A DNA stretch of 19,260 nucleotides. Source: Gemmatimonadota bacterium (GTDB lineage Bacteria; Gemmatimonadota; Gemmatimonadetes; Palauibacterales; Palauibacteraceae). Of this stretch, positions 16,537 through 19,260 are shown one piece after another. Within the stretch, counting starts at the first letter, position 1. Every line of letters starts with the position of its first letter. A program made the translations under genes and the position numbers. The DNA lies in NCBI GenBank assembly GCA_046758745.1, contig JBHIAV010000049.1, positions 1 through 19,260 of the forward strand. Reading direction: 5' to 3'. The notes beneath the pieces are model-generated. The model saw nothing but the letters and a program-made list of their open reading frames with translations, was not told the origin of the DNA and searched no databases.

Positions 16537-17048
16537 CGGTCCACCTGCCCCTCGGGTGGCCGGCTCCAGTCGATCCGGTGTCGTCGGACCACCTCGATCG
16601 CCTCGAACCCCAACTCCTCCGCGATCGCGTTGGCCAGAGCGTTGTCGGCACCGGTGTACAGGCGGATCTCCGTCAGCTCCTTCTCCCGCGCCCAACGGTA
16701 TGCGGCCGCGAGCAGCCGTTTTAGGTTGCCCTTCCGGCGCGCGTCGGGGCGGACGAAGGGGGTCTGGATCCGCGCGTACTTGTGCGGATGAAAGTAAGGG
16801 ACGTTCTCCTCCACGAAGCAGGTGATCATCCCATCCAGTCCGCCGTCCTGCCGCTCGAGCACGAACACCGCCGAGTCGTCTCCGGTGATGTGCTCGATGA
16901 AGAGGTTGCCGCGCTTCCGCACCCCATCCGGAGTCACTCGACGATAGGCCGGGTTGGAGCGGTGGCTGCGGATGTAGTGCGACCACAGCGCCACGATCTC
17001 ATCCAGATCTTCGGGCACGGCCCGGCGCACCCGGTCCTCCTCAGTCAT
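16533..17048 (-). CDS. GNAT-family N-acetyltransferase
   Basis: VRRAVPEDLDEIVAL N-terminus, FVRPDARRKG acetyl-CoA-binding motif A, NALA..IAEELGF motif B; overlaps both neighbours. Confidence 0.8.
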   Translation of the reverse strand: MTEEDRVRRAVPEDLDEIVALWSHYIRSHRSNPAYRRVTPDGVRKRGNLFIEHITGDDSAVFVLERQDGGLDGMITCFVEENVPYFHPHKYARIQTPFVRPDARRKGNLKRLLAAAYRWAREKELTEIRLYTGADNALANAIAEELGFEAIEVVRRHRIDWSRPPEGQVDR

Positions 17049-17886
17049 CCACGTCCCCGAAGTTCGGTTGCCGCTTCTCGAGGAAGGCGCGCACGCCCTC
17101 CCGCGCGTCGGCCGACTCGAAGCAGCGGACCTGCGCGCGCACCTCGAAGTCGAGCATCTCCTCCAGGGAGGCGCTGGCGCTCCGCCGGATCGCCTCCTTG
17201 GCGAGCCGCAGCGACAGAGCCGGCTTCCGGGCCAGCCGTCGCGCCAGGGCCCGAGCTTCCTCCATCAACCGATCGTGGGGCACGACTCGATTCACCAGCC
17301 CGATTCGCTCGGCCTCCCTCGCGTCGATCATATCGGCCAGGAAGAAGAGCTCCGCGGCCCGTGCCGGCCCGACGAGCCGCGGGACGTGGTAGGTGCCGCC
17401 CCAGTCCGGGTGGAGGCCGATCCGGTTGAACGTCTGGCCGATCGAGGCCCGCTCCGACGCTATGCGCAGGTCGCACGCGAGAGCGAGGTTCGCACCGCCG
17501 CCCGCCGCCGGTCCGTTGAGCGCCGCGATCACCGGCTTCGGCATCTCGGCGATCGTGTGCACCACCCGGCGCCCCGCCTCGACGAGGAGCCTCGCCTCGT
17601 CGTGGGCCTCCCGTTCGAGCAGCTCGTCGAGGTAGGCGACGTCCGCGCCCGCGCAGAACGCGCGCCCGGCGCCCGTCACGATGACCACGCGCACATCGTC
17701 GCGCCGGCCGAGCTCCTCCAGTCCATCCGCGATGTCGTCGCGCATCGCGCCGAAGAAGGCGTTGAGCTTCTCGGGGCGGTTGAGGGTGAGCGTACCGATC
17801 ACCCCCTCGACGCTCACGAGGACGAGGGGCCCCTGTGCGCCCCCGGAGCTGGCGGCAGGGTCTGGCTCGGAGCCGCCCCTCGTCAC
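17041..17886 (-). CDS. Enoyl-CoA hydratase/isomerase family, PaaG-like isomerase
   Basis: [44 protein letters not shown] (PaaG-type Asp, lacking both crotonase Glu); SD AAGGAGG 8 nt before GTG 17886. Confidence 0.85.
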   Translation of the reverse strand: MTRGGSEPDPAASSGGAQGPLVLVSVEGVIGTLTLNRPEKLNAFFGAMRDDIADGLEELGRRDDVRVVIVTGAGRAFCAGADVAYLDELLEREAHDEARLLVEAGRRVVHTIAEMPKPVIAALNGPAAGGGANLALACDLRIASERASIGQTFNRIGLHPDWGGTYHVPRLVGPARAAELFFLADMIDAREAERIGLVNRVVPHDRLMEEARALARRLARKPALSLRLAKEAIRRSASASLEEMLDFEVRAQVRCFESADAREGVRAFLEKRQPNFGDVDD

Positions 17887-17964
17887 CCTCGAAGCCTCCT
17901 TCTCGCCATCCCCCTCACGCTTCCCCGCCGTCCAGGGCCCTCACGCTTCCGCGGCGCACGGTCG

Positions 17965-19191
17965 TCACGCCTCCCCGCTCTCGGCATGGACGAGCGCGGC
18001 GATCCCCTGGCCGACCCCGATGCACATGCTCACCAGCCCGGTGCGGGCCTCGCGGCGCCGCATCTCGTGTACCAGGGTGACGAGGAGCTTCGCGCCCGTG
18101 CACCCGAGCGGATGTCCGAGCGCGATGGCCCCGCCGCTCACGTTCACGCGCTCCGGGTCGAGGCCCAGCTCACGGATGCACGGGATCGCCTGCGCCGCGA
18201 AGGCCTCGTTGAGCTCCACCAGGTCGATGTCCTCCGGACCGAGACCGGCCCGCGCGAGGGCCTTCCGGACCGCCGGTATCGGACCGAGTCCCATGCACGC
18301 CGGGTCCACGCCGGCCACGGCCGCTGCGCCGAGTCGGGCGAGCGGCGCCAGGCCGAGTTCCCGGGCCGCCGAGCGGCTCACCAGCAGAATAGCTGCGGCT
18401 CCGTCGTTGATCCCTGAGGCGCTCCCCGCGGTCACCGTGCCGTCCGAACGGAAAGCGGGTCGGAGCCCTGCCAGCTTCTCCGGCGTCACTTCCGGGCGAG
18501 GGTGCTCGTCTACCTCCACCACGGCGGTGGCGCCGCGCGGGCCGCGCACCTCGATCGGCACGATCTCGTCGCGGAACCGCCCTTCCTCCAGGGCTCGCGC
18601 CGCGCGCCTCTGGCTCTCCAGGGCGAACGCGTCCTGCTCCTCGCGGGTCACGCGGTAGCGCTCGGCCACCACCTCGGCCGTCTCACCCAGCGAGATCGTC
18701 CAGCGCTCGGGCATCGCCGGGTTGGTGAATCGCCACCCCACCGTCGTGTCTGCGACCACGGGGGCGGCCCGGGGATAGGCGGTGCCGGGCTTCAAGGTTA
18801 CCCAGGGGGCGCGCGACATGCTCTCCACGCCGCCCGCAATGATCACCTCTCCCTCTCCGGCCCGAATCGCGTGACCCGCCGACACCACCGCCTGAAGTCC
18901 GGAGCCGCAGAGCCGGTTCACCGTCTGACCCGCGACCTCGACGGGCAGCCCGGCGAGGAGAGAGGCCATCCGCGCCACGTTCCGGTTGTCCTCGCCGGCC
19001 TGGTTCGTGCACCCGGCGATCACGTCCTCGATACGCTTCGGCGGGATGCCGGTCCGCTCGACGAGCGCCTCGATCGCGCGGGCCAGGAGGTCGTCGGGCC
19101 GGACCCCTGCCAGCGCTCCTCCGTGCCGACCGACGGGGGTCCGCACGGCGCCGACGATGAGCGCGTCCCGGTCGGGCCGGCGCGCGGTCAA
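17965..19191 (-). CDS. Thiolase (acetyl-CoA C-acyltransferase), PaaJ/PcaF-like
   Basis: [62 protein letters not shown] 19191 overlaps the upstream stop (TTGA); the ORF track begins at 19206. Confidence 0.93.
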   Translation of the reverse strand: MTARRPDRDALIVGAVRTPVGRHGGALAGVRPDDLLARAIEALVERTGIPPKRIEDVIAGCTNQAGEDNRNVARMASLLAGLPVEVAGQTVNRLCGSGLQAVVSAGHAIRAGEGEVIIAGGVESMSRAPWVTLKPGTAYPRAAPVVADTTVGWRFTNPAMPERWTISLGETAEVVAERYRVTREEQDAFALESQRRAARALEEGRFRDEIVPIEVRGPRGATAVVEVDEHPRPEVTPEKLAGLRPAFRSDGTVTAGSASGINDGAAAILLVSRSAARELGLAPLARLGAAAVAGVDPACMGLGPIPAVRKALARAGLGPEDIDLVELNEAFAAQAIPCIRELGLDPERVNVSGGAIALGHPLGCTGAKLLVTLVHEMRRREARTGLVSMCIGVGQGIAALVHAESGEA

Positions 19192-19260
19192 TCGAGGGCC
19201 ACCCACACGCTCTTCATCTGGGTGTATTCGCGGAGGGCGTGCTCGCCGAGGTCGCGGCCG
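19188..19260 (-). CDS. Aldehyde dehydrogenase family protein, 3' end only (partial)
   Basis: Translated by hand: ...[23 protein letters not shown], a typical ALDH C-terminus; its stop overlaps the thiolase start. Confidence 0.75.
   Translation of the reverse strand, partial: GRDLGEHALREYTQMKSVWVALD

Overview
Very GC-rich bacterial chromosomal segment; the gene content and style suggest Gemmatimonadota, but that is inference only. Left to right: (1) a minus-strand, translationally coupled trio of a 45-aa hydrophobic ORF, an ECF sigma factor, and a zinc anti-sigma (ZAS/zf-HC2) domain fused to an O6-methylguanine-DNA methyltransferase; (2) a plus-strand acyl-CoA operon (B12-binding mutase small subunit, carboxyltransferase, split AtuA, crotonase-family hydratase) followed by two membrane proteins; (3) a minus-strand trio of a membrane-anchored CxxC thioredoxin-fold protein and two related 69-aa secreted six-cysteine peptides; (4) RecQ-type helicase, acyl-CoA dehydrogenase, RNase E/G, rplU (L21 carrying a C-terminal E3-binding/PSBD domain) and rpmA; (5) a converging minus-strand PaaJ/PaaG/GNAT/PaaH/PaaF-like beta-oxidation operon, preceded by the 3' end of an aldehyde dehydrogenase. 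No tRNA, rRNA, CRISPR array or mobile element was seen. Best candidates for undescribed systems are the ECF/ZAS-Ogt module (possible sigma-based alkylation response), the oxidoreductase plus disulfide-peptide cluster, and the L21-PSBD fusion. All product calls come from motif recognition by eye, with no database search.
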